DNA from: the human T2T-CHM13v2.0 reference genome, Homo sapiens
Assembly: GCA_009914755.4 (NCBI GenBank)
Contig: CP086569.2
Location: 11,264,001-11,328,000 of the forward strand
Direction of reading: 5' to 3'
DNA length: 64,000 nt
A program made the position numbers and the translations under genes. The notes beneath the pieces were generated by a model. That model did not search any database. It was not told the origin of the DNA and worked only from the letters and a program-made list of their open reading frames with translations. Within the stretch, counting starts at the first letter, position 1; each line of letters starts with the position of its first letter. This document shows, piece by piece, positions 1 through 12,000 of the stretch.

Positions 1-194
1 GCAAAGCTGCTTCCACCCCTTCCTGAAACTTCCTCTGAGCAGTGAACCCACGGCTTTTCACGATGAAAAATAAAGCCTACTGGTTGCTGGGACACAGACA
101 TTCGGTAAATATAAAAGGGAAAAAGGAAAGACCGAGGGATTGGTCTCTTTGGCCTTGATCTCACCATGGACTCAAATCTCCAGCACTGTCTCAG

Positions 195-490
195 TGCGGC
201 AGCTCATGCCTGTTATCCCAGCACTTTGGGAGGCCAAGGCAAGCAGATCACGACGTCAGGAGATCGAGACCATCCTAGCCAACATGGCAAAACCCCATCT
301 CTGCTAAAAATACAAAAATTTGCTGGGCATGGTGGCGCGTGTCTGTAATCCCAGCTACTCTGGATGCTGAGGCAGGAGAATCGCTTGAACCAGGGAATTA
401 CAGGTTGCATGAGCCGAGATTGCACCACTGCACTCCAGTCTGGTGACAAGGTGAGACTCCGTCTCAAAAAAAAAAAAAAAAAAAACAAAA
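195..490 (+). mobile_element. Alu (AluS-like), 5' truncated by a few bp, A-rich tail
   Basis: Matches Alu consensus (ggctcatgcctgt[a/t]atcccagcactttgggaggcc...gagactccgtctc) and ends in a poly-A tail at about 466-490. Confidence 0.9.
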
Positions 491-2159
491 CTCAAGCCCT
501 CACAGTGTCTTTTTGGTCATCAATGACCACCTGTCACCTCAGGGCCCTCTCTCACTTGCATGGCACTTCTCAAACTCCAGCAGTTTGAAAAAAACAGGTC
601 ACAGACCCCACTTATGTCTCCCTAACAGAATGTCTGATTCAGCAGGTCTGGGTGGGACCTGAGAAACTACATCTCAGACAAATCCCAAGGTGCTACTGCT
701 GCTGCCGTCCTGGAGAACACACATTCAGAACCACAGCCCACATATATTTCAATGTGACTTAATTTTGACATGGATCGTTCTTTAGCATTTCAGATTCGGT
801 GGAAACCTTGTCTTATAACCATGCTGACGAGAAAGTTTTCATACTACCCACGCTGACTATGAACACAAATCTTTAAAAACGCAGTCATCACCTCTCCCAA
901 AGGACACAGGAAAGCAAGTATGGAAAAACGATTTGATGGAAAATCAAATCAGTTGCCACAAGAGTTCATTTTTACAAAGTTAAATAGTGTCAACAGGGCC
1001 TGCAAACCAATCACAACACTTCAAACACAAAATAGCACCTCTGAGGACTGAAATAACAACAACTTGGTCATGTTCCCAGATCCCCTCTGTGAGACTCACC
1101 AGTGAGCCAGGAAAGGCAAAGGCCAGGCAAATCCACTTCTAGCCATGACTTATAATTTTTGTCGAATTAAAATTATATTCTACTGAATAGTTGTCAGCAG
1201 GGGCTCAATAATTCACTTTGTCACTGTCAAAGTGTTCAGAACAAAAGGAGGTTTGAATGAATATAAGACTCAAACCAGTTCTCTATCTGAGGTTTCTGTG
1301 GGTTTGTGCCCAGGAAAGCAAAAGGCCCCATTATCTTCCCAGGACAGCCCAAGGGTAAGTTCTTCATCGCTGGGAAAATGATCCTGAGACTGCCAACAGG
1401 AGGCCAGGTTCAGTGGGTGACCAGAGTCCTCCCTGTCAGGAAACCTGACCCTGTGTACAAAAGCTCCTCTTTCTCCCTTCCAATGTCAAAGCCTGAGCTC
1501 ACGTGTGGCTCTCAAAGCTCCTCACAGGGCTGTGAGGCTGGGTGGAGGCAGTTGTTTATTCCAGAAAGATTTCCAGACCCGCACCCTCCCCGATCCTTGG
1601 CTGAACAAGGACTCTCTGGAAACTCCTGGCACGAGAAACAAGCTGTATCAGGTGTGACCAGATGGGGCCGCTCACTACTCACCCTTCAGCCTCGGGAATC
1701 CTTCTGGGCCCCTCCAATTCAAGCTCCAACACCCACAGAGCCAATGGCTCCCTCCCTGGCACCTGCAGAGAAGCTTCAGCCAAGGGGCAATTCCTTGGAG
1801 GAGCACAGGGCTCCAAATCACCTCTCAGGGGATTCTGTGCCACTGTAGGTCATTGCAAAGATGGGTGTCCACCGTCATTTATGGACAGGGTGGGGATGCT
1901 GTGTCTGTGCAGCACGGGGGCCAACCCCACAAAGCAACAACCATCTGCTCCAGAAAATGCTAAGAGCACCACCTTGAGAATCATCTAGAAGGAGCAAGAG
2001 CCCAAAAGTCGGAAAGCCTGGGTTTGCAACCCAGTGGGGCACACCAGCCTTGATTCCTAGGCAAACTCACCCACCCAGCCGTCTTCTAATTCCCCCCATG
2101 AAAATCAGAGCCACTACTTAATTTCAGGGCTGCTGTCAGGATCAAACGGGATATAAATA

Positions 2160-2335
2160 AGATTATTTGTTATGGGCTGAACTGTGCCCCTCTAAATAAA
2201 TGTTGAAGTCCTAATGCCCATACCCTATGAATGTGATTTATTTGGGAATAGAATCTTTGTAGAGGTAATCAAGTTAAGATGATGTCATACAGGAGCAGGG
2301 TGGACCCTATTGCAATAACTGTGTCCTTAAAAAGG
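2160..2335 (+). mobile_element. LTR-type interspersed repeat (MaLR/ERV-like), 5' part of a copy split by the L1 insertion
   Basis: Contains ..atgttgaagtcctaatgcccataccctatgaatgtgatttatttgg..gtaatcaagttaagatgatgtcat.., a motif I recognise from a common LTR-like family (ccctaacccccaatgtgatggtatttggag..). Related copies lie at 35330-35740 and 42030-42330. I cannot recall the family name with confidence. Confidence 0.5.
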
Positions 2336-2349
2336 GAGTAAATCTGGAT

Positions 2350-2680
2350 ATTAGCCCTTTGTCAGATGGATAGATTGCAAAAATTTTCTCCCATTCTGTA
2401 GATTGCCTGTTCACTCTGATGGTAGTTTCTTTTGCTGTGCAGAAACTCTTTAGTTTAGTTACATCCTACTTGTCTATTTTAGCTTTTGTTGCCATTGTTT
2501 TGGTGTTTTAGTCATGAAGTCCTTGCCCATGCCTATGTCCTGAATGGTACTGCCTAGGTTTTCTTCTATTGTTTTTATGGTTTTAGGTCTAGCATTTAAG
2601 TCTTTAATCCATCTTGAATTAATTTTTGTATAAGGTGTAAGGAAGGCATCCAGTTTCTTCTACAAAGAACTTAAACAAAT
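2350..2680 (-). mobile_element. L1 segment in antisense orientation (ORF2 3' region), the inverted 5' part of an inverted/truncated L1 insertion
   Basis: agccctttgtcagatggatagattgcaaaaattttctcccattctgtag..tagtttcttttgctgtgcagaa..ctttagtttagttacatcc..ttgccattgttttggtgttttagtcatgaagtccttgcccatgcctatgtcctgaatggt is the reverse complement of L1 ORF2 3' sequence. Confidence 0.85.
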
Positions 2681-3545
2681 TTATAAGAAAAATCAAACAA
2701 TCCCATCAAAAAGTGGGCAAAGGACATGAACAGACACTTTTCAAAAGAAGACAATTATGCAGCCAACAGACACATGAAAAAATGCTCATCATCACTGGTC
2801 ATCAGAGAAATGCAAATCAAAACCACAATGAGATACCATCTCACACCAGTTAGAATGGTGATCATTAAAAAGTCAGGAAACAACAGGTGCTGGAGAGGAT
2901 GTGGAGAAATAGGAACACTCTTATGCTCTTACTAGGAGTGTACACTAGTTCAACTGTTGTGGAATACAGTGTGGCAATTCCTCAAGGATCTAGAACTAGA
3001 AATACCATTTGACCCAGTGATCCCATTACTGGGTATATACCCAAAGGATTATAAATCATACCACTATAAAGACACATGCACATGTATGTTTATTGCGGCA
3101 CTATTCACAATAGCAAAGACTTGGAACCAACCCAAATGTCCATCAATGATAGACTGGATTAAGAAAATGTAGCACATATACACCATGGAATACTAAGTAG
3201 CCATAAAAAAGGATGAGTTCATGTCCTTTCAAGTGACATGGATGAAGCTGGAAACCATCATTCTGAGCAAACTATCACAAGGACAGAAAAACAAACACCG
3301 CATGTTCTCACTCATAGGTGGGAATTGAACAATGAGAACACTTGGACACAGGGCGGGGGAACATCACACATGGGGGCCTGTCTTGGTGAGGTGGGTTGGG
3401 GGAGGGATAGAATTAGGAGAAATACCTAATGTAAATGATGAATTAACGGGTGCAGCAAACCAACAAGGTGCATGTATCCATATGTAACAAACCTGCACAT
3501 GGTGCACATGTACCCTAGAACTTAAAGTATAATTTAAAAAAAAAG
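2681..3545 (+). mobile_element. L1 3' end (L1PA-like, young), sense orientation with poly-A tail
   Basis: ..aatcccatcaaaaagtgggcaaaggacatgaacagacacttttcaaaagaagacat..agagaaatgcaaatcaaaaccacaatgagataccatctcacaccagttagaatgg..gggtgcagcaaaccaacaaggtgcatgtatccatatgtaacaaacctgcacatggtgcacatgtaccctagaacttaaagtataatttaaaaaaaaa. A flanking target-site duplication is present (gagtaaatctgga at 2336-2349, gagtgagaaaatctgga at 3546-3562). Confidence 0.9.
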
Positions 3546-3562
3546 AGTGAGAAAATCTGGAC

Positions 3563-3840
3563 ACAGCATCACGCACACAGGGAGATGACCATGTGAATGG
3601 GCAGGGAGAGACTGGTGTGTCCCACCTGCAAACCCAGCAATGCTAAGATTGCTGGTAAGCCCCCAGCAGCTGGGGTAGAGTTAGAGAATCTGGGACAGAT
3701 TCTCCCTCAAGCCTCAGAAGGAACCAACCTTGCCTACCCCTTGACCTTGGACTTCCAGCCTCCAGAATGTGAGACAATACATGTCTGAGATTTAAGTCAC
3801 CAGTCTGTGGTTGGTTACGGCAGGCATGGGAACTCATAAA
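3563..3840 (+). mobile_element. 3' part of the LTR-type repeat that was split by the L1 insertion
   Basis: ..ccttgaccttggacttccagcctccagaatgtgagacaatacatgtctgagatttaagtcaccagtctgtggttggttacggcagg.. corresponds to the 3' half of the family seen at 2160-2335. Confidence 0.5.
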
Positions 3841-4849
3841 CGTGTGAATCACCTGCCACTAATTGTGACAGCAAAAAAACAGCAGCAGCATCATCTCTGA
3901 GAGCGGAACTCAGCAGGTCGAGCATTCCCAGCTCCTAGGGAGCTCCCCTCCCTCCATATGTGATGGGAGCCGCCCGCATGTTTACACCAGCTCCGGGCAA
4001 GCCCACGACGTCAGAAGACCCTTTGGATGAATCCTACTTCAATTCTTCACTTACCCATCATTGACTCACTGTCTAATCAGGCAAACCCCAGGTCCAAGAG
4101 CAGGCCTGACACAGTACAGGTGACTGACACTAGCTGAATGATGTGGGAGCCACAAGGACAATAAATAAGAAGCAAACCAGCCTGAGGTCACCATTTGTAG
4201 TGGGGAAAGACACGTACTCAACTGTCACACAATATGGAAAAGGTAAAAATCCATGCTAACACGAGCTCCCTTGGGGACCCTGAGGAAGGAGTAAGTGACG
4301 CTGCTTGGTAAGGAGCGCGCATCATAGGCTGCTGCCCAGGAACACAGAGGGATATGTGAGTCTGGGGTAGGATTCCAAGTTGAGGGCCGAGCATAAGGAG
4401 AGGGAGGGAGGCAAAGGTAGAACAGTGATGAGTCTAGTGGTGGATGGCCCAAGACAGTTTCTGCCTTAAGTGACCCTTCCTGGTTCCACTATTACCAGTG
4501 TGAGCCTTGGCCATGTCAAGTTCTCCTTGAGGAGAACAGTATCTGATTCTGGTCTCCCCACAGCCCTGTGAGGTGGCTATTCCTTTACAATTTGTTAGAG
4601 ATATACTGAGTGAGTCAGTGATTTGTTAGATGACTCACAGATAGTACAGAAAGGATGGCAAAGACAACAGTGTGTAGGAAGTCCCAACTCTGGCCAACTC
4701 CTCTAAAGGATTACTGGAGGAAACACCTCTCTTCTCCTTGAGCTTCTATCTTCTGTGCACATGGTCTCACCAGGACAGGAGTGGGTGAGAGGACATGAAG
4801 ATGACCAAGATGTGCTCTTGTCCCTTAAAGAGTTCAGTGTCTACAAGGA

Positions 4850-5995
4850 GGGGATGATGATGATGGTGGTGATGGTGATGATGAAGTTGGTTGTAATGGT
4901 GATGATGGTGGTGGTAGTGGTGGCAGTGATGGTGGTGATAATGGTGATGATGGAGATGTTGGTAATGGTGATGATAGTGATCATGATGGTGATGGTGATG
5001 ATGGTGATGATGGTATTATGATAGTGATGATGGTGTTGGTGATGGTGATGATGATGATGATGGTGGTGATGATGATGGTGATAATGATGGTATGATGACA
5101 GTGATAATGTTGATGATGTTGGTGATGGGGATGGTAGTGGTGATGGTGATGGTGATAATGGTGATGGTGGTGATTATGAGGATGGTGGTGATGATGGTGA
5201 TGGTGACAATAATGGTGATAATGATGGTATTATGATAGTGATGATGGTGGTGATGGTGATGATAATGGTGATAATGACGGTATGATGGTAGTGATAATGG
5301 TGATGGTGATGGTGATGATGATGATGATAATGGTGATAATGATGGTATGATGGTAGTGATAATGGTGATGATGTTGGTGATGGGGATGATAGTAGTGGTG
5401 ATGATGATGGTGATGGTGGTGATGGTGATAACGGTGATGGTGATTATGAGGATGGTGGTGATGAAGGTGATGGTGACAATAACGGTGATAATGATGGAAT
5501 TATGATAGTGATGATGATGGTGATGGTGATGATGATGGTGATGATAATGGTGATAATGATGGCATGATGGTAGTGATAATGGTGATGGTGATGGGGATGG
5601 TATTGGTGATGATAGTGGTGATTATGAGGATGGTGGTGATGATGGTGATGGTGATAATGGTGATAATGATGGTGATTATGAGAATGGTGGTGATGGTGAT
5701 GATGGTATTATGATAGTGATGATGGTGATGGAGGTGATGGTGATGATGGTGGTGATGATGGTGATGATAATGGTGACAGTGATGGTATGATGATAGTGAT
5801 AATGGTGATGATGTTGGTGATGGGGATGGTGGTGGCGATGATGGCGATGATGATGATAATGATGGTGATCATAATGAGGATGATGATGGTGATGATGACA
5901 GTGGTCACTGCAATGATAACAGTAGTGGTGATGATGAAGATGATGATGATGACAGTGATAATGATAACCATGACACAGTGATGATTACTATGTAT
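4850..5995. repeat. Imperfect (TGATGG)n / (GATGGTGATGAT)n minisatellite, about 1.1 kb
   Basis: Continuous GATGGT/GATGAT hexamer and 12-mer periodicity. The ORFs 4755..5021, 5708..5971 and 5787..5981 (poly-M/V/I) are artefacts of this repeat. Confidence 0.9.
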
Positions 5996-6593
5996 TGAAT
6001 CCTAATAAGTCAGAAATTATGCTAACCATATCACCTTCACCACAACCCTAAGTGGATATTATGATTACTGTTTGTATAATATTATTACTGTTTAATAATA
6101 ATAATAATATTCTCTTTCTCTAGATAAAGAAGCTGAGCCTCAGAGACTCCAAGTAACTACCCGAAGGTCACATTTCTAGAAAGCAGTAGAAGTTTGATTG
6201 AAACCCAAGTCAAATCTCCCGATCTCCCGAGTCTTTGCTGTTCAAATGATAGATGATGTTCCCCTCTATACACACCCACTGCCAATCTTAGTGCAGGCAA
6301 AACATAAATTAGAGGCATAACCTGTTCTATTTCACTTTGCTTTGTTGAACTTCACAGAGAATTTGTTTTTGCAAATTGGAGGCTTGTGGCAACCCTGCAA
6401 CGAGAAAATCTATCAGTATGATTTCTCCAATAGCACATGCTCACTTCATATCTCTGTTACATTTGGGTAATTATGGCACTATGTCAAATTTTTCATAATT
6501 ATTATATCTGTTAGGATGATCCATGGTCAGTGATCTTTGATGTTACTATTGTTCTGGCGTGGCATGAACCACACCCATATAAGACAGGAAACA

Positions 6594-6897
<304 letters not shown>

Positions 6898-6914
<17 letters not shown>

Positions 6915-6917
6915 TAG
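6898..6917. repeat. (TA)n microsatellite following the Alu tail
   Basis: atatatatatatatatata directly after the poly-A tail. Confidence 0.9.
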
Positions 6918-7806
6918 GAAACAATAAAAGTTCTGTGTGTTCTGACTCTTCCACTGACCAGCTGTTCTCCCATCTCTCTCCCTCTCCTTGGGCCTCCCTA
7001 TGCCCTAAAACACAATAATATTGAAATTAGGAGAAGTCATAACCCTACAGTGTCCCCTACATGTCCAAGTGAAAGGAAGAGTCACACATCTCTCATTTGA
7101 AATCAAAATCTAGGAGTGATTAAGCTTAACAAGGAAGCTTAACAAGAAAGTTGAGTCAGGCCAAAAGTGAGGCCTCCTGCACCAAAGAGTAAACCATCAC
7201 GTGAATGCAAACAAAATGTTCCTGAAGGAAATTAGAAGGGCCACTCCAGTTAACATGCAAATGATAAGTGAAACAGGCTTTAGTGCTGATAGGGAGAAAG
7301 TTTTAACCGCCAAACTTTGATGATCGAGATGGTCACAACATTCATTTAATCCAAAGCCTCATCCAGAGCAAGGCCCTGACTCTCTTCAATTCTCTGAAGG
7401 CTGAGAGAGGTGAGGAAGCTGCAGGAGAAAGGCTGGAAACCAGCAGAGGTTTATTCATAAGGTTGAAGGAAAGGAGCCGTCTCCATAGCAGGAAAGTGCG
7501 AGGTGAAGCAGCAAGTGCTGCTGGAGAAGCTGCAGCAAGTTCTCCAGAAGATCTCACTCAGATCATTGATGAAGGTGGCTACACTAAACAACAGATTTTC
7601 AGTGTAGACAAGACAGTCTTCTATTGAAAGAAGATGGCATCTAGGACTTTCGTAGCTAGAGAAAAGAAGTCAACGTCTGATTTAAAAGCTTCAAAGGACA
7701 GGCTGTCTTCTTAGGGGGCTAATGTAGCTGGTGACTTTAAGTTGAAGTCTATCCTAATATATCATTCAAAAAAACTGAGGGCCCTTAAGAATGATGCTAA
7801 ATCAAT

Positions 7807-8110
<304 letters not shown>

Positions 8111-8575
8111 CTAATTTAATCTGTGCTCTATAAATGGAACAACAAAGCCTGGATGACAGCACATCTGTTTACAGCACACGTTACTGAATATTGTAAGCCC
8201 ACTGTTGAGACCTAATGCTCAGATAAAGAGATTCTTTTCCAAATATTACTGCTCCTTGACAATGCACCTGGTCACTCAAGAGCACTGATGGAGATGTATA
8301 AGAAGATAAACGTTTTCATGCTTGCATACACAATATCCATTTTGCAGTCCATGGATTAAGGATTAGTTTTGACTTTCAAGTCTTATTATTTCACCATATA
8401 TCTTGTAAGACTATAGCTGCCATAGATTCCTCAGATGGAGTTGGGCAAAGTCAACTGAAACCTTCTGGAAAGAATTTAGCATTCCAGATGCCATTAAGAA
8501 TATGCATGTTTCATAAGAGGAGGTGGAAATGTCAACATTAACTTTGGAAGAAGTTGATTCCAACCCTCATAAACG

Positions 8576-8855
8576 ACTTTTTTTTTTTTTTTTGAGATGG
8601 AGTCTCATTCTGTCACCCAGGCTGGAGTGCAGTGGAGTGATCTCGGTTCACCACAACCTCCGCCTCCCACCTCAGCCTCCTGAGTGGCTGGGACTACAGG
8701 TGCCCACCACCCCACCCTGCCAATTTTTTGTATTTTTAGTAGCGACAGGTTTTCACCATTAGCCAGGATGATCTCGATCTCCTAACCTCGTGATGTGCCC
8801 ACCTCGGCCTCCTGAAGTGCTGGGACTACAGGCTTGAGCCACCGTGCTCAGCCAA
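8576..8855 (-). mobile_element. Alu (minus strand) inserted in Tigger1
   Basis: Poly-T followed by gagatggagtctcattctgtcacccaggctggagtgcagtgg..cctcggcctcctgaagtgctgggactacaggc. Confidence 0.9.
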
Positions 8856-10476
8856 GAATATTCACGACTCATAAGAGGAGGTGAAAATATCAACATTAAG
8901 TTTGGAAGAAGTTGATTCCAACTCTCATGGATGACTTTGAGTTATTCAAGTCTTTGGTGGAGGAAGGAACTGCAGATGTGGAAATAGCAAGAGAACTGGA
9001 ATTAGAAGTGGGACTGAATTGCTGCAATCTCATGATATAACTTGAATGGATGAGGAGTTGCCTCTTTGGGAGGAGCAGAGGAAGTGGTTTCCCAAGACGG
9101 AATCTACTCCTGGTGAAGATGCTATGAACACTGTTGAAATGTCCACACAGGATCTAGAATATTCCATAAACTCAGTGGATAAAGCAGTGCAGGGTTTGAG
9201 AAGATTTCATCCAATTTTGAAATAAGTTTTACTGTGGGTAAAATGCTATCAGACAGCAGTGCATGCTACAGAGAAATCGTTCGTGAGTCAATTAATGCAG
9301 AAAACTTCTTTGCTGTTTTATTTTACGGAATTGCCACAGCCACCCCAACCTTCAGCAACCACCACTCTGCTCAGTCGGCAGCCATCAACATGAGGCAACA
9401 CACTCCACCAGGAAAAAGATTACAGGCCACTGAAGATGCAGGTGATTCTTAAGTATTTTTAACAAGGTATTTTTTAATTAAGGTATATACACTGCTTTTT
9501 TAGACATTATGCTATTACATACTTAATAGACTACATAGAGTATAAATATAACTTTAATGTGCATTGAGAAATCAAAAAATGTGTGTGCCTCATTTTATTG
9601 CAAGATTCATTTTATTGCAGTGGTCTGGAACCAGACTCACTATCTCTAAGGTATGCCTGTTATGTAAGTCATTGAGAATGCTGAAGAAGATGTTGATGGT
9701 CAGGTCATTTCTGGATCAGAAGAAATATTCCCTTTGTTCAGACCTTCCAGGCTGCATACAACCCAGCACCCCAGCCTCCGGTGGACCAGCCATCCTCTCC
9801 GCGTCTGCCGGCTCGAGCCCCACTCATCCTTCCACTGGGGCCGAGGTCTCACGATGTCATCTCCCTGGCCTCCTGCAGGCTGAGCTGACCACTGGGCACC
9901 TTGGGTGGGAACACAGGGAGCTGCTCTGACTGCCCACAGCACTCAGGCCAGCTGACTGGCCCTGCTCCCTTTCCTGTCTGGCCTGTGAGTCTTGGCCTCT
10001 TCACCTTGCATTTCCTGTCTCCCAGGAAGGTGAGAGCAGTGCTGAGTTTCATATTTTGCCTTAGGATGGTTCTCCTCACTCTCTCCTAACTGGCAGGCAG
10101 GAGTTGGTCCCTCTGTCACTCAATCTCCTGAAGGCTGTGATGTCCAGATCGTTCCGAAACCTGCTGTGGGCCTGGCCCAAGGGGCTCAGGACACATAAAA
10201 CCTGCAAATGGATGTAACGAGATCTCTGAGACCCAAACCAGGCTGTCTTCTCCCTTATCTCCAGAAAGGCAGTACACACAGCATGAGACGTGGGTGGTGA
10301 CGCAGTGGGACAGGGGCTGACATGGTCAGGAGCTGTGGAGATGGCATTTGTGGCTGACACCAGCCCTGTGATGATGTTCTCAGGACTTCTTTAGGCCAGC
10401 TTCAGTTCTCTCTAAGTTCCCTTCATACCACAAAGGCCCTCAGCCACAAAAGGGAGCTGAGTCCTAGCACAAATGA

Positions 10477-10910
<434 letters not shown>

Positions 10911-11299
10911 TAATTTGCATAACCAAACCGAAGCTATTAAACTTGGATGGCATTGAACAGCATTGGATCAACATTCCAGACAAGGAACACTCCTGGGTAG
11001 TATTATCCAACAGTCAAGAAAAGTCTGGACTTCACAGCGGGGCTGATGGGTGTTTCTGCCTACTGAGCCTTGCTTGTACTCAGTGGACTGTGCAGATCAT
11101 AAACTATAGCAATGATCCTGGTGAAGGGAGGCTACATCACTGAGGTCTGCAGAGCTGTAAGTTACAGAGCTAGGGTTGGCCATGCTGTTGAACAGAGTGA
11201 TACATCTACACCCCTCTTAGTACAGTTCATGTTCAAGCTCAAATCAAAACCAAAGAGCAGGCAAGGCAACATAGGGAAAAGGTCTCTATGAAAAATAAA

Positions 11300-11490
11300 A
11301 TTTTTAAAAAACTAGCCAGGCATAGTGGTATGTGTCTGCAGTCCCAGCTACTCTGGAGACAGAGACAGAAGTGTCCCCTGAGCTGGGAGGTTGAGGCTGC
11401 AGTGAACTACGATTGCACCACTGCATTCCAGCCTGGGTGACAGAGCAAGACCCCAACTCAAAACAAAACAAAAGAAAAAATGGAGAGAGT
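11300..11490 (+). mobile_element. Partial Alu (right-arm/FRAM-like monomer) with A-rich tail
   Basis: ctagccaggcatagtggtatgtgtctgcagtcccagctactctggag..gaggctgcagtgaactacgattgcaccactgcattccagcctgggtgacagagcaagacc then an A-rich tail. Confidence 0.6.
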
Positions 11491-11649
11491 GAGGGAAAGT
11501 CACTCACACTTGGTTCACAAGAGTTACAAGTATTCTGCAAGGTGAGAGGCTAAGAACTGAGACTACTGGACTGTGGGCAGAATGCAGGCACTGGAGACAG
11601 GTAAAGGCAGCTGTGTTTGGCCTGAGTCTGCCACTTATGCTGAGTTATG

Positions 11650-12000
11650 AGTCACTCAGGCTGCTGTGGCAAAGCACCACAGAACAGGCTGCTTAAACCA
11701 CAGACATTTATTGTCTCCCATTCTGGAAGACATATCTGAGATCAAGATGTCTGCAGCGCTGGTTCCTCCGCAGGCCTCTCTTCCTGGCTTGCAGATGGAC
11801 GCCTTCTCTCTGTGTCCTCAGGTGGTTGTCCCTCTTTGTGTGTCTGCATCCTCACCTCTTCTTCTCATAAGGACTCCAGTCCGATGGGATCAGGGCCCAC
11901 TCTAACAACTTCATTTAACTTGATTGCCTCTGTAAAGACCCAATCGCCAAATAAAGTCTCATTCTGAGGTCCTGGGTTACAACTTCAATCGATATAGAAA
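11650..12000 (+). mobile_element. Ancient mammalian interspersed repeat (LTR/MER-type), family not assigned
   Basis: ggctgcttaaaccacagacatttattgtctcccattctggaag..atctgagatcaagatgtctgcagcgctggttcctcc..cttcctggcttgcagatggacgccttctctctgtgtcctca..ataaggactccagtccgatgggatcagggcccactctaacaacttcatttaacttgattgcctctgtaaagaccc is a widespread old repeat consensus I recognise, but I am unsure of its name. Confidence 0.4.
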
